64,000 bases of DNA, taken from positions 2,400,001 to 2,464,000 of the forward strand of contig CAVUDW010000002.1 of NCBI GenBank assembly GCA_963740355.1. Reading direction: 5' to 3'. Numbering within the stretch: position 1 is the stretch's first letter; each line of letters starts with the position of its first letter. The translations under genes and the position numbers were made by a program. This DNA is from an uncultured Gemmatimonadaceae bacterium. Lineage in GTDB: Bacteria > Gemmatimonadota > Gemmatimonadetes > Gemmatimonadales > Gemmatimonadaceae. This document shows, piece by piece, positions 62,257 through 64,000 of the stretch. The notes beneath the pieces were generated by a model. It did no database searches. It had not been told where the DNA came from and saw only the letters and a list, made by a program, of their open reading frames with translations.

Positions 62257-64000
62257 CAGTTCCAGAACGTCCAGCGCACACCATACACCGTGAGCGCGCC
62301 GGGCATCAACAAGCCCGGCACCGTCGTGTAGGGAGCATTCATCAGGTTGCGGAGTTGCACGGAAATAGTGGCATCCTTGAGCGTGAACTCAGCGCGCAGT
62401 CCGAGTGGCGTTCCGGCGAACGTCTGCAGCAGGCCAAGCTCGCCGTCAGTCTTGAGGTAAGGCACATACGACGCCGTGCGATACTCGGACTGACCGGCCA
62501 GCATGAAGTCAAACCCGCCGCCCTTCGTCTTGCCATTCCAATGATAGCGCCACGTGAGCTCGCTGCGCACTTCCGTCTGGGGGCGATACCAGCCGGCGTT
62601 CTGCCACCGCACGCCGCTCATATTGAGCGAGAAGCCGCGAAAGAGTGGCCCGGTGATCGCGAAGGTGGCTCCGGTGGCTCGCCCCTCGACCACCACTGGC
62701 GTGGTGCGATCGAAGAGCGCTGGCGCGCGGAGGACCGCACTATCGCGGATGACGCCACCGCCCTGCAGCCATAGCTTGCCAACGCGAATCGCTACCTCAC
62801 CTCGCGCCGCCTTCGCCAACGGCAGGAACACCAATTCCGTGGCATTGGTCGAATCGATCGGCAGCGTGATCGATCCCGTCGTGCCGTACGACGCGGCACC
62901 GGTGACCGCAAACCACGGCACTGGCTGCAGCTTCACGAAGCCATCACCGCGCGTGACCTTGTCGAACGGATTGCGTTCGCCCCAGGCCGAGACGGTGAGT
63001 CGCCCAAGGTCGAATCCGACGCGAGCCGACGGCTGGTGCAGCGTCTGTCCTCCGACCATGCGCAGCCGCTCGGTAACGGAGAATCGAGCGCGTGACGACG
63101 ACCATCCAGCGCTCGCGACATACTGCGTGCTGTTCGAGGTCGTATCGGCGGAGTCGGCGAGAAAGCCGTTGGCGATATCTGCGGAACTCCGTGCGGTGCT
63201 CTCGACATTCTGGCGTGAGACCGCGAGCAGCTGCAGCCACGAACCACGATTCACTTCCCCGACGCCGAAGCGAAGATAGAGGTCGCGCTGCGTGCGTTCG
63301 TACGCCGGGATTGGTCGTCCCGTGCTGAGGTAGTCGGCGTCGCCGACGAGCGACAGTTCCTGCTGCGTCGTGTGCACACGCAGGAGCGTCGCATCGAGAC
63401 TCCATTTCGGCTTCACGATGCCAACGCGCGTAAAGACAGACGTGGCATCGCCGTCGCCACCGAGCTGGCGGTCGTCCGTGCTTCGCTGTTGGAGCATCAC
63501 CTGCAGTGCGAATCCATTCTTCGCGCGCCGCGCCAGGTAGCCACGGAAGGTGTTGCTGCGATTGTCGCCGGTATAGACGTCGGCGCGTGTCTCGGCCGTC
63601 GTCTTCTGCGGGCCGCGCCAGGAGCGCATGAGCAATCGCAATTCGTTCGCGCCGCGCTCCACCACCAACTCTTCCATGGCAGCGATGGGAAACTGCGACA
63701 GCTCGACGATCCCTCCGCTACGCGCATCGATCGCCTCCAGTTCGATGCCATCGAGGAAGAGTCGAATGCGCGAGACGTCACCGTTGTACGCTCCGACCTG
63801 CGGCGCCATGTAGAAGCGGGCGCGGAGCGTCGCGAGGCCCGGCACACGATCCAGAAAGTCTGCCAGCGTCAGGGCACCGGTGGAAAACAGGCTGTCGCGA
63901 TTCCAGCGGTGTGACATGCCGACTTCCGTCAGGAATGGCAGTTCAGCCTGCGGCAGCGCGCCGGCGACCGAGTCGATACGCGCAATCGAATCGGCCCGCG
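62256..64000 (-). CDS. Outer-membrane beta-barrel protein with TonB-receptor-like plug domain (5' end outside window)
   Basis: Plug-like segment (LADFLDRVPGL...LFLDGI...MEELVVERGA), amphipathic beta-strands, aromatic C-terminus YGVRWTFWN; frame stays open upstream of 63917 to the window edge. Confidence 0.7.
   Translation of the reverse strand, partial: RADSIARIDSVAGALPQAELPFLTEVGMSHRWNRDSLFSTGALTLADFLDRVPGLATLRARFYMAPQVGAYNGDVSRIRLFLDGIELEAIDARSGGIVELSQFPIAAMEELVVERGANELRLLMRSWRGPQKTTAETRADVYTGDNRSNTFRGYLARRAKNGFALQVMLQQRSTDDRQLGGDGDATSVFTRVGIVKPKWSLDATLLRVHTTQQELSLVGDADYLSTGRPIPAYERTQRDLYLRFGVGEVNRGSWLQLLAVSRQNVESTARSSADIANGFLADSADTTSNSTQYVASAGWSSSRARFSVTERLRMVGGQTLHQPSARVGFDLGRLTVSAWGERNPFDKVTRGDGFVKLQPVPWFAVTGAASYGTTGSITLPIDSTNATELVFLPLAKAARGEVAIRVGKLWLQGGGVIRDSAVLRAPALFDRTTPVVVEGRATGATFAITGPLFRGFSLNMSGVRWQNAGWYRPQTEVRSELTWRYHWNGKTKGGGFDFMLAGQSEYRTASYVPYLKTDGELGLLQTFAGTPLGLRAEFTLKDATISVQLRNLMNAPYTTVPGLLMPGALTVYGVRWTFWN

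Overview
High-GC bacterial core-genome window. Gene content and protein style suggest Gemmatimonadota (inference, not verified). About 65 CDSs, all on the minus strand except dcd, mostly packed with 1-4 nt stop/start overlaps. In transcription order (high to low coordinates): TonB-plug outer-membrane protein (partial), yicC-gmk-rpoZ-coaBC-udg-dnaB-radA-ispD-tsaC-LMW phosphatase-aroE-comF-gap-pgk-tpiA-secG-carA, ihf/hup, moaD-moaE-moaA, mdh-sdhCAB, divergent dcd, a complete nuoA-N operon followed by pmm/pgm and a UPF0182 protein, sucCD, ndk, yceD-rpmF-plsX-fabH-fabD-fabG-acpP-fabF-mqnE-mqnA-mqnC-[ClpN-ispF]-dedA-xerD-trpG/pabA, then kdsB-pyrG-kdsA-kdsC-kdsD-lptC-ostA/lptA-like (partial). I saw no tRNA, rRNA, CRISPR array, prophage or IS element. 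Most notable oddities: a tandem Clp N-terminal repeat domain fused in-frame to an intact IspF; a Rex-type operator just downstream of the nuo promoter; a 1-nt frameshift in pgk; a CX5CX2C radical-SAM motif in MqnE; and several candidate regulatory elements. All product calls come from motif recognition by eye, not database searches.
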